Source of the DNA: Entomortierella parvispora E1425
Taxonomy: Eukaryota > Fungi > Mortierellomycota
Length of the DNA stretch: 64,000 nucleotides
NCBI GenBank assembly: GCA_020891255.1
Contig: BQFW01000010.1
Span: 1,364,001-1,428,000, forward strand
Direction of reading: 5' to 3'
Under the pieces are notes generated by a model. That model saw only the letters and a list, made by a program, of their open reading frames with translations. It made no database searches and had not been told where the DNA came from. Below, in pieces: positions 50,124-61,478 of this stretch. Position numbers and translations under genes: made by a program. Position 1 is the first letter of the stretch; the number at the start of each line of letters is the position of its first letter.

Positions 50124-52496
50124 TTAAGGCTTTCCGCTTTCCCACTTGCCACCATAGGCACCACAACGGTTAACACCCGCGTAGGGAGCGTTGGTACCAT
50201 CCTCTGTGTAGTGGTTGGCCCACCAGGAAGGAACATTGACATTCATCGTGGACGAGATACCACCGCCCAAGAACAAGAAGATGACAAGACCTGTGAAAGC
50301 GGCACCAGTGTCCAAGGCGGCCGCCAAGATCATGACATACTTCTTCCACCAGTTCTTGTGGTATTTGAAAAGGTAGTACTGGAAGACCACGCAAGTGATC
50401 AAACCTCCAGTAATACCGTTAACGTAACCGTTGGGGAACATACCCATGCCTCCAGCAAGAATCGAGATGTTGAACTTGGACCACTGGATTGTGGGATACT
50501 TCTTGGAAAGGAGCCATTGGATACCGGGGACAATAAAGCCAATCAAGAAACCGAGGTAGACAAATCCGTACTTTCCATCCAAAGCAAACATACGAGCGGG
50601 ACCGAGGGCACCGTAGATCAAGCCAGAGCCCCAGTATGTTTCGACACGCTGACCAGTCCAGAGACCGGAAGGATCCTCCTTGTTGCCGTTGAAGACATCA
50701 CGCTGCGAGTCGATGATGAGGATCATGGTGATGTAGTTAAAAACACCGCCAATGAGGGTACCCCAGAACTGGGCAACAAACATGGCACGAGGAGGGATCT
50801 TCATGTAGTGACCGAGCTTCAAATCGCCGAGGAGATTCATGCATTGGTACATGGCCATGTAACCATAGCACTTGAAAACCATGTTGGCGATGGGCTTTCC
50901 AGGGAGCATGTAACCGCAGACCAACTCGGTGATGACGTTCAAACCAGGACCAAAGCCAGTGATGGCAGTCATGGCGCAAATAGGGAGAGTCAAAACCCAT
51001 CCGATAAGGAGAGCGAGCAGAAGAGCCCACCAGGGCAGTTGAAGTTTGTAGACCTCACAGACAAGAACGGAAAGAGCGGCCATGATCACGTAAAAGATGG
51101 CATACCAGAGCTGAGGAACTTCAGGATAAACCTTCATCATCTTGGTGTGAATATCCTCGTGATCGTTGCCGATGGCCTGCTTCCAGGTATTCCAGATTTC
51201 GGTACCGTGGAAGAAGAAGATGTGGGAGACACAACCAGCCAAAGCAATGAAGGAGGTCATAAAGCCGATAGCGTACAAAGGTGACATGTTGGCCTGAGGG
51301 CCGTTGTCATAAGCAGTGTTGTTGACCGAGAAATCATCGAGCAAGACAGTCTTGATGTCGAATGATGTGCCGTTCTCGTAGAAGAGGCGGGAGGTCAAGG
51401 GGCGACCAATGGTCTTGGTACCGAGGGCGTTGGTCAACCACATGATAGGCAGAAGGATCCAATAGTTCAAAATCTGGCCAAAGTAGGAGCAGAGTTGAGC
51501 AGAGAGGGGGTAGTAGAGCGTACCGCCTCCAATCGACGTCCAGTCAAAGGAAATCGAGAGGAAACCACCGCCGCTGGACATGGACGAAGCGATGGCCCAG
51601 AAGTTGTAGTTGAAGGGGCTGATCCAGCAGAACCAATCAAAGTACATGAGGATAGGGGCCAACCATTGAGGCAAGAACTCCCAAAGGAACATGCCGCCGC
51701 AGACAACCCAGAAGAACTTCATGTAGGACCAACCACGCACCATCTTCTTGGAGGAAAACTCGCCAGTATGATGCATGGCGTTGTAGAAGACAACCTGAAC
51801 CAAGTTGCCCCACCACACCATCTCAGCAGGGTAAACAAGGTACCTGCGAAGAACACCAGCCATACCATAGCCGACGCATTGAGTAGTGATGATCAGCAAA
51901 AGTGAGCCGAGAGCGTTGATGCGGTAATCGAGATAGATGTCGGTAGCGGACAAGATGTCAATGGCATAGGCAGCGCTGGCAGCAGTACCGGCGGCGATAC
52001 CAATCAAGGCGTGCTCCTTGATGTTGAAAGGACCGGGGTTGAGGGACATGGAGTATCCACCAATGGTGAAGGAGGCGGTGGGAAGGACTCGGGCCATGGC
52101 CTTTCCAATACCGTAAGAAGCCAAATTAACAAAGAAGATGGAGAACGAACCCGCAGCAGCACGATAGAAGTAGTACTGCTGGACAACGGCGCCAATCATT
52201 GCGAAGAGGAAGGAGATGGTCCAAAAGCGGAAAGTGACGGCAACCAGCGTGACATCATCAGTAATGGGGACAACTGGAGTTGAATGAGAAGAACCGTTTA
52301 TTAGTTACCTATCATAGATATCATAGACGTGTGGAAGTTATACCCTGATGGAAGCGGACTTACCGAGACGGACGGCCTCAATCCTGGAGTTCTCAGCTGC
52401 ACCTTCCTCGCTCAGTTCGAGCGTCTCCGCTTGGGCCTTTTCATCGAGGGTCTTTTCGTCATGGAACTCCGACTTTTCTTCATAGTCAAGAGACAT
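50124..52496 (-). CDS. OPT: Oligopeptide transporter, OPT family (paralog 6); intron 52274-52363
   Basis: MSLDYEEK...ENSRIEAVRL|VVPITDD; NPGPFNIKEH; KIPPR; intact. Confidence 0.96.
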
Positions 52497-55400
52497 GATG
52501 GGTATGATGGAGAGGAGAGGGGGTATTTACAGACGGGATGAGGGTGGTCGGACGGCCGGGTGAGAGAAGGGGAGGTGGCGGAAGGAGGGGAGGAGATATA
52601 AGGCCAGTTTCCTGTGAGGATGGTGAGGATGCAGACAAGGATCAATGTCATGGGGGATGTCAGTGGTATTTATGCAAACAACTTGGAAAACAAAGAGAAG
52701 CAACAGCGACGACTCAAGTGTACTTTGGAGCGTGTGTACGAGCACAGAAGTCCGAGAATGGCCAAATCAATGTTTTCTACCAGGCACAAAAGGCGAAATG
52801 GGGACGACTCAATTACCGAGATGACTGACAATTGCACTTTTGAATGGTCTTTCAATCGATTGGGGCAAGCAAATCTCCAAAAAGAGACTAGATGACCTTA
52901 CAGGGAGCGTGTGCTTCTTTACCGAGCTTTGTTGGGATGATATTCTGGGAAGCCAAGAAACAAACAAACAAACAGAGAGAGCTCTGTCCTAGAGACCGCC
53001 TTTTTTTTTTTTTTGTGATTGTGGAAGGGCACAAGTGCAGCACCCATCACGAATCCTGTCGGATGGCGAGGGCAAGTTGTCCACCAAAGTTTAAAAAGAT
53101 GCCATCCATCCACCCTCCGGGCTGGTGTTACCTTGCTCTCCTTGAAATGGCCGTTTTTGAGCTTGGCATGGCTGTTTTGAGAAACCCGCTCTCCAACATC
53201 CTCCAACACCTCTCTTCTATATTTTGAATATGCAGGTTAATAGCTGGAAGGAAACGGCATTCTTTCGCAGGTTCTTGGAGTGCAGTTGGACTCAGAGGAG
53301 CAATAGATCACACAGAGCACATCTGGAACAAGCAAACAATGGTCGGCTACTAGACTTGGCGTTTTCCAGCAAATAGGAACTGCTCCATGTTCACAGAGCA
53401 GCAATGCAGACAGCATCGTAATGAGCCATTCTTCACCCAGCCACCAGGGAAAACAGGTCAACACGCACCGGAGGCTGCTCTGGTGACATGATATTATCAA
53501 TATGGCAAGTTCATCATTGTTTGAGACAACAAACACTATGTGGAATAGAGCTGTCCACCGACCTCTTTCCCACCTTGTTGCTCAAGGGTCACGTCCCAAT
53601 CTGAGAACGCGCGCCTATATTCCTCGGTGGAAAAAAAAATCGAAAAAGAGCAGAAAAGAATGCTTAATGAAAGTTGGACCAATGGCGCCGTACGACTTGT
53701 CCCTGGGATGCGACATGGTTTCTGGATCTCCCTCAACTGATCTAGTCTACCGGGGTAAACAATGAATCCGCCTCGGAGAGCACCGAGGCGCCTCACCTCT
53801 CCAATGCAATTCGTCAATTCCTGCGTCTGAAAAAGGTCGGCACATGCTCCTTGCATCCTTTTGAACTCTAGACAATCCTTCCGCGCCCTCTGTGTCCTAT
53901 TGCAGTTGATAATTTTTGATTCTAGTGATGCTGTTGTGGCCAAAGATGGCGAGACACTGAGATCCGCACTTTTTTTTTTCCTTTTGCCCCTCGCCCTCGG
54001 GATTCCTTTTGTTCTTGCGAACTCTCGCTCCCAGTCATTGGTCGAGACCACGTCTTTCGTTCTCGGGAAATCGGTGTGCCCTGGTTTTTTGTTTTTTTTT
54101 TGTGTGCTGTTTTGAACGTAGCGGGCAGCCGCCTCTCGCTGTGTCTGGTGTGTTTTTTGTGGTCGCCCTTGATTCGCCATTTCGACCTTGTTGTCATCAA
54201 TCACGCGGGCCCTCGCCTTTCCTTTGCCTCTCTCGCCGTCCCTTAAGGTTGATTCTTCGCTTGTCGCGTTTTACAGTTTCAGATGGCCTTCCGACGGACG
54301 AGAACAGATGACTCTCGATTGTTTGAGTTATCTAACCTTGACCAATCACTGCAATCTGGACTTCCCACCGAAAGACGACAGCAGGTCTAGATACACGTTG
54401 ACAGTCGCACAACAGCCTAACTTCAATTCATTTACTGTGAATTCTGGCGCGTTTGAGGAAAGCAGGTGGAAGAGGTCCGTAGGACGATGCAGGATAGCCA
54501 TATGGAATCATCGCAGTTCCGTGAAGTTCCATTTCTGCTGGGTGCACTGCCAGATGCTGGATATTGTAGATGGCATGGGGCCATCTGGAGAGAAAAAAAA
54601 TGAAAGAACACGTTTCCCAGTGTGGGAAAGTCCTATCCCTGCTTTACTTTATCATTAGGGACATGACATAGCCTACCTCTTTGAATAATCGTCACTGACT
54701 CTGTCGCAACAAGGAAGAAACGAGCTGGGCCGACAAGAACAGAAGTCAAGTAGCGCAAGGTCAGGGACCGCGCCTGTTGTCAACGAAAACAGCAACAAAG
54801 CAAACACCACAGCTGCTGACGAGCACACGCCACGGTATGATCGCAGGTCACGGGGAAGACCTCCTCCCAACGGACCTACAGTAGGTGCTCCACGGCTTAG
54901 GGCTGTTGGCGGAGCTGGTCTACCCAGCGATGTGGAGAAGTTTATAAGAGCGTAGCATTTTTTTTCATGGATGCTGTCGAGGTTGGCCCTCGATTGCTGC
55001 TCGTTGACACAAGTTTTTCAGTTCGGCAGAATAGAGTACTGTACAGCAGACACTGTGGTCTCATGGACCTAATTCGAAATAGACAAACTTTGGGTGCCTG
55101 GTCGTTCTGACCTCGGCAAACTATTTTTAACAGTTGCTGCTGCGAGGTTCTCCACGGGCTTGGAAGCGCGCGGCGTCCTGTTAAGTTTAATCATGCTCTT
55201 ACGGTTCTGGCCAGGATGAGTGTGGCCAAACAGGGAGGGAAAGCCCTTCTCTTGTCTAAAATGGTCGTTGTTACCTACTGTAACTCCTCATCAATTGCCA
55301 CGTCTGCGTTGACTATCATAATGGATGAGAAACTGGTAGAGACAAAAATATATATACACAAAAAAGATGAAAAGAGAACCGACAGGTAGAACCGCGCACA

Positions 55401-55825
55401 CACCTGGAGGCGTCAAATGAGGATTGAGAAGCCAAGAAAAGTCCATCTCGGCAGAAATGGTCAAATAGAGGTCACCATTGGACCATCCATGCCGAAACGA
55501 CGTGACACAATGGTCCTCGGTCGAATGAGCTTCCGTAATTGCGAGCAGACTTTTCTCTTTTTAGTTTCCAAGGAGGCCAAAGACTAGCGCCGCGTTTTGT
55601 TTGCAGAAACAATTGGTTCTTGGTTCTCAGGAACACGCCCAAATGCACGCCGCCTTCTCCTCTGGTCATCAAATCTGCTGCGATAATGTTCTTGGGGTTC
55701 AGCAACAGGCACTGCCGTCACATTTCAGCTTCTGAATTCACATCGAACTTCCTCATGTATAAAGGCCTCCCAGTCTCAGCTCCATTCTCTCTTCTATCTC
55801 ACATCAATCGCTTATATCCCCAAGA

Positions 55826-56002
55826 ATGAAGTTCTCCTCTGCCAGTCTCACTCTCTTGGCTCTCTCCGTCGTCATGGTCTTGTCCCAAGCCGCACCCGAG
55901 CGTCTCCCCAAGGAGGCCGGCGTGCTTGCAGGAGATGCAGAGGCTAGCACCCCTTGCCCCGCCAGCTGCTATTACTCCAAAGGTCACTGTCTCTGCTATT
56001 AG
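55826..56002 (+). CDS. 58-aa secreted Cys-rich peptide precursor (absent from the ORF track): MKFSSASLTLLALSVVMVLSQAAPERLPKEAGVLAGDAEASTPCPASCYYSKGHCLCY
   Basis: Hand translation; signal peptide, acidic propeptide ending DAEA, C-x3-C-x6-C-x-C core; TATAAA at 55758-55763 followed by a pyrimidine-rich leader. Confidence 0.8.
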   Translation: MKFSSASLTLLALSVVMVLSQAAPERLPKEAGVLAGDAEASTPCPASCYYSKGHCLCY

Positions 56003-57044
56003 GCGGTCCTCAAGCCAGTTCTTGGTTTCCTGCTAGCGTGTGTCTATATCCACAAGTCATAGTGAATAAACTTGAACTTATCGGAACACAGAATCCTCAA
56101 GAGTAAGCTACCGCCATATGCTCCTGTGGGAACAGTTCCACCCTGTGTCATCTCACGTATCGCAAGGTTTCTTTCAACTAGCCTCACTTGTTCCAATTCC
56201 CTCAGATGTCAGTTTGATTGCCAAGTTGAGTGGGGAGAGACTTAGCCTCTTTCTCTTTCTCTTTCTCCCTACCTCCTTTGGGGTTTGTAACTTTGTCCCG
56301 CTGTTTATCAAATGAGAGGTCTGTAGAAAGCTACTGTCTGGATGGAGGGGGATGTAGGAGTTTGCACCATGCTTATTACAGTACTAGGCGTCGTTTCATC
56401 ACACGGCGCTCGTACTCTTCGCGTAAAGCCATCTTTTCTATGCCGATAAAAATGACCATTGTCATTGTGCGCATGGCGGCATAGAACTTCAACCACTGCA
56501 GAAGCAGATGCGATGAAAGCTGTCAATACGGGAGGTGATATGTCACGTAAGAGGACATCCCAAGCCCGTGTACCTGCATGGATGATGTATTGGTCCGTTA
56601 CAACAGCAAAGACCTCTCTCTCGCGATCTAGACTCATATCTAGAAACTCACATCTTACTTTGGGGCAAGGTCAAGAATGCATTGGCCTTGTATGCTCTGT
56701 AGCGTGCATGTTTGTAAGCGGGATGTTGGCGTGGGAGCGTTTCTTTTTTCTCTTTTGTTCTATAGGCCATGTCATGAAGGAACTCCTGACGAAAATGCGC
56801 GAGAGAGTCCACCCTGAATCCGGCAAAATACCAATTACATGACCTGAACAACACTAACCCTACGGCTGCAGCCAAACATCCGGCTAGTTCTTCCTCAGTA
56901 AACATCGAGCGGACAAAGTCAAGTTATAAAAGCTCGTCCTTTGGACTTGCGTTTCTCCTCTTCTTCTCTTTCTTAATAACGTCCTTCTCCCCCCGAACTT
57001 TCCTATAAGACACACAATCAGTTTCAAGCTCCAAGTCAACAGCA

Positions 57045-57242
57045 ATGAAGTTCTCCAACTCCATCCTTGCCACTCTGGTTCTTTCCGCTGTCCTGGTCCT
57101 CGTCCAAGGTTCCCCCGTTCCCGACAAAGTCGATCAGCGCCTCTGCCCGCAAAACTGCATCAATATTAATAACGAGTGCGTGTGCAACCGGGTTCTATGT
57201 GGAGCTGGCTGCGTCACCGTCAACGACAAGTGCTTGTGCTAG
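57045..57242 (+). CDS. 65-aa secreted precursor with two tandem C-x3-C-x6-C-x-C cores
   Basis: MKFSNSILATLVLSAVLVLVQG signal; SPVPDKVDQR-LCPQNCININNECVC-NR-VLCGAGCVTVNDKCLC*; TATA-like sequences at ~56925 and ~57004. Confidence 0.85.
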   Translation: MKFSNSILATLVLSAVLVLVQGSPVPDKVDQRLCPQNCININNECVCNRVLCGAGCVTVNDKCLC

Positions 57243-58071
57243 AAGCCAAAAATAACGTTGGGCCGAGAAAAAAAAAAGCAATAAAATACACGTCCTTCTG
57301 GCGTGCTATCTTGTTTTAGTTTTGCTCCAGCCACTCGAGGTCCACGATGTCAGCATGGGAACAATAGAATGGGACAATGGAGGCATCAGCTTGGGATCTA
57401 GTGCACCATCTTGGCAGAGCAATACGCGTTTTGTTTACTAGTCAATCATCCACAAAAAAAAAAAAAAAAAGACAGATGACGAAAAAGGCGGCCAGAAACA
57501 GGTCAATTGTGGCAACGCGCGAAAGGGCCATTTTTGTGTCTCTCTTCTGATGAAAAGGTGACGGCGTGGCACACAGTGCCGCAGAGCACCAAGTGTGCGC
57601 GAAGAGTCCAGCTTTGAGCAGCGCGATGCTGCATGACCTTGAATCCTGAACAACTGTGATCCTTAAGATCATGACTCGCATCAAGACAAGATTCATACCC
57701 GTTGCTTCCTCAGAGGGCATCGTTTCAACAGTCCTATCCTTTGTGCTACAGCTGACACGCACTCCAGATGAGTGGCAGCTTGTTAGCGCAACCCTTCATA
57801 TGATGCATCAACAAAATCCAACTTCGTTAATCCACACCAGTTCTTCCTCAAAAGAGGCTTTGCATCCCGTGTATGTTTTAGCAGTGAAAAGGATGGTAAC
57901 TTTTAGAGGATGGGGCACGCTCGACACATAATTTATTTCCTTTGGACAACTAGATTTCTTTTTTCTTAAGGCCATTAGATCTTGGACAGAATGTCTTTTA
58001 GCACCGCAGGTCAAAACAAGTGGCAACGCCTGATGGATTATAGACGCTTGGGATTGACTTGAGGACCGGAT

Positions 58072-58185
58072 TTAGCACTCGCAGCTGTGGCCTCCGACGT
58101 TAATGCACTGAGGAGGGCAAGCCTCGGTCTGGCTCATGACGGCAGAGATGACGAGGACGACAAGGGCAGCGATGGCGATTCTCAT
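58072..58185 (-). CDS. 37-aa secreted Cys-rich peptide precursor: MRIAIAALVVLVISAVMSQTEACPPQCINVGGHSCEC
   Basis: The true ATG is at 58185, inside the longer ORF-track call; signal peptide plus a C-x3-C-x7-C-x-C core; TATAAAA on the minus strand at 58270-58276. Confidence 0.8.
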   Translation of the reverse strand: MRIAIAALVVLVISAVMSQTEACPPQCINVGGHSCEC

Positions 58186-59707
58186 GGTGGAAAGTGGTTT
58201 GGGTGGTGGCTGTTGGATGTGGGTAAGATGTAGATTGTAGAGCAAGAAAAACACCGATGACCGCCTGCCTTTTATACTAGTGTTGACAAGCCATTGCTCC
58301 CGCAGTTTGTCAAGCAGACACCCGCCTCCCAACTCTTTCCCCGGGAGAAGAGAGCCTCAACGGCAGCACATCCCGGAAGAGGTAGCATATCTGAACAGAA
58401 AGTGCCCATGAAGAAACAGGTAGTACAGACTGTTGGCGAAAGAACAGTTTGCCCTAGTTTGGTTGAGATCACGCCGAAGTACAAACCGTGTCCAACGGTC
58501 ACAAGTGTTGAATACAACAGCCTACGTACCTGTAGTCGGCAAGGTTACCGAGTTCCTCGGGCGATATCTTGGGAGGAAGGCCTAGGCCGCAAGGGAGGAG
58601 GGCGACAAATAAGGCTAAGAGTTCACCACCATCTCTGTGTAGATTTATTTGGACAACACCTTCAAGGGTAAACGGGCAAACGGGCAAACGAGGCTTTATT
58701 GGTTCATGCTTATGAGGGCGAGTCCTGTGTCAAGCAACTGTAATGGCGATCGAAGCTTCTCTGGGAAAATTGCAAGCTCTTCGAAAACACTTGTTCGATC
58801 CATTATCCGTGTGATCAGAAGAGAAAAAGTCCCAGCGGCATTCTCATTCTTCCCCAACAATTGAGCACTGACTTCCTTTCTTGATGTCGACATTGTGGCG
58901 CGATGAGGGCGAGGGCAAACAAATCAAACAGAAGTTCTTGGCAAAAGTATGCAAAAATGGTATCTCCATGCCAGGTGTTTGAGAATGTCCAACGTAGATC
59001 TCGGTTATTCTCCCGTGCGGTTACACATTCTCGATTACCTGGACAACACTTGCCCCCATCAGTCGGCCAACCTGGCAAGGCGCCCTTGTCAAATGAACTA
59101 CGCGATGAGCGATTGATAGCCAATCGCATCTGGACTGACCGTATTAATAAAACATAGGTCAGTTTAGCCAAGGTGATTTGAGAAAGGGGTTTTTTTTCTC
59201 TCTCGTTGAGAAGCTCTTGGATGATCGGACATAAAAGTATATGAAAACAAGGCAAGAGTCTACCGTGCTTTTTGTGTCGTCCAATGGACGACGATCCAGC
59301 AAAAAAAGCCCAGCTCGATCCCATGAAGTTGATTTGAATGTAAGTTGTTTTATTTCCAGGAAATTCACAACTAAGGCCAAAGAAAGACGAAGTACCCAGG
59401 AAGATCTACGCAACACGGAAAAAAATACACAAGTTAGAGAACCATTGACAAATAAAGCTGCTCGGTTGATAGTGAGCGACTGAAGAGTTGGTTGCTTGAT
59501 TCCGTTGCCTCAATCCCATCCAATATTGTAGAGTTGTGTACAATAAAAATCAGGAAAACGAAGTGTGTCCACATATAGTTTCGGACAATGTAGATAAGTT
59601 TTAAAGCATCATTTTTGTTGAGATGGGGCGAGGCAAGAACAAGACCGACTCCTTGACATTTCAAAGAATAAAAAAGAGCAGTTGAGAATCCTGACCAAAC
59701 TTACAAT

Positions 59708-61378
59708 TTACTTCTTCTTGGAGACACCGACGACGCGACCGCGACGACCGGTGGTCTTGGTGTGCTGACCACGGACACGGACGCCCCAGTAGTGACGGAG
59801 ACCACGATGGGCACGGATCTTCTTAAGACGCTCCAAATCCTCACGCATCTGGTTGTCAAGACCGTTAGCCAAAAGCTGGGTGTACTTTCCATCGACAAAG
59901 TTCTTCTGTCTGTTGAGGAACCACTGGGGAACCTTGTACTGGGTAGGGTTCTGCATGATGGTGACGAGGCGCTCGAGCTCTTCGTTGGTAAGCTCACCAG
60001 CTCTATTAAGGGGAAGATGATCAACTGATCAGCAACTGGATCATAATGGTGCCTGTTCCAATCTCATTTCCGGTACAGGTCAACAAGCGTATCCAGTTTT
60101 GAACCAACATCCGAAGGATATTAGTTGGCAGATAGTGAAGTCGGCTGGGTCAATTAATTAAGGTAGAATCGAATCCTCGCACAACAGTGGTCTGTTGGTC
60201 GTACTTGGAGAACCTCAGTGCAAGAAGTTCGTCATCTCCCGAAAAATATTATCCATTGATACTGACTGATTCTTCTTCAGACCGGTTGTGTTTTCTGTCC
60301 CTGTTTCCACAGCAAATCCTGCAAGTGCTTCGCCTTGATGTTGTTCTATCCACTGAACGCACCTCTTCTTCAAGTCGATATCAGCCTTCTTGCAGACCAA
60401 GTTGGCATAACGACGACCGACACCCTTGATGTTGGTCTGTGAAAAAGGTAGAAAAACATAAACAAAGGAGTCAGCTCACAGTTGTTGCAGCCTCAAATAG
60501 AAAAAAAAACAGCCAAAGAGATGATGGTTTTACCATGGCGAACATGATCTTGGTCTTGCCCTCCACGTTCGTGTTAAGGACACGAAGAATGTGCTGGAAC
60601 TGGCCTTTCTCAGGGACAAGGAGAGACTGTATAGAAAAGAGGTCGAGGGATCGAATCGAAGGTTAATGGCTGATCTATAATGCACTGACTAACTCCATCC
60701 TGGTGATTTGTTGAATGATCGTCTTCTGAAGTCCTCGATGATGATTTTTGATCGCAAGTCCGCCACAGAGATGAAAGCTTTGGAGGGATGATGGTGAAGA
60801 CTTTAGCGATATGATGATGGTGCATTCCTGGGAAGATAGATTGATCGATGGTCCAGATTCCTGCACGATGTCCGATGGATGCCAGCAGCATCCCCACGCC
60901 TGTCATTCGCATAGAGACCATATTGGAAAAACGAAAAAGGCCGAATCAGGTCACAGCAAAAGTGAAATATATATGATATTCCGACGCACGTGACTAGACC
61001 TTTTGAGCCGTACGTGTTTTGTTCACAAGATGAAAGTTCCCTGCCGAACTCGGATCCTCAAAGGTTGTCGAAACTATTCTCGCACGGCCACCTTCACCGG
61101 TGAAAACCTGCTTATCAAAAGCAACAAGCTGCAATGAGCGCAATGAACATGTGTATGTTGCAGTGGGTATTCTCACTGACGGAAGCCAGAAAACTGATGC
61201 GTGAACGGCTGCAAATGTTGGATTCTCGTCTTAATTTTAATTCGCTCAACTGCTGAGTTACGGAGCCTTCAAACCTCTAGAGCAAGAAAACCACGGTGCT
61301 TTGGAATACCAGGATCTTGGGATTCCTTCATAAAAAAAAAAAAAAAAAATCGAAGTCGACACTTTTACGTACATTCAT
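59708..61378 (-). CDS. RPS18: 40S ribosomal protein S18 (uS13); probable exons 61378-61373, 60626-60534, 60436-60363, 60002-59708
   Basis: [63 protein letters not shown]. The first micro-exon (ATG AAT|gtacgt) is inferred and less certain. Confidence 0.93.
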
Positions 61379-61478
61379 GAGGAGAGGATTATTCACGTGA
61401 CCACTAAATTTTTTCACGTTATTTATGTTTTCGGTCCACACAGAACTCCTACTCTTCCTTTTTCTCTCTTGTTTAAAA

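Noticed and set aside
35605-51284. Long plus-strand ORFs opposite OPT genes (35605-36357, 46414-47487, 47866-48615, 50211-51284; likewise 9309-10073 on the minus strand)
   Set aside because: Antisense shadow ORFs produced by the strong codon bias of the OPT coding strand; they mirror the paralogs and show no protein-like motifs.
52500-55800. Searched by eye for further signal-peptide plus CxC-stop mini-ORFs upstream of the peptide cluster and in other intergenic gaps
   Set aside because: None found; a manual scan may miss spliced or very short copies.
58499-59324. Broken minus-strand ORF fragments that look vaguely protein-like
   Set aside because: Multiple stops and frame changes and no assignable family; may be a decayed gene or TE, but unsupported by eye.
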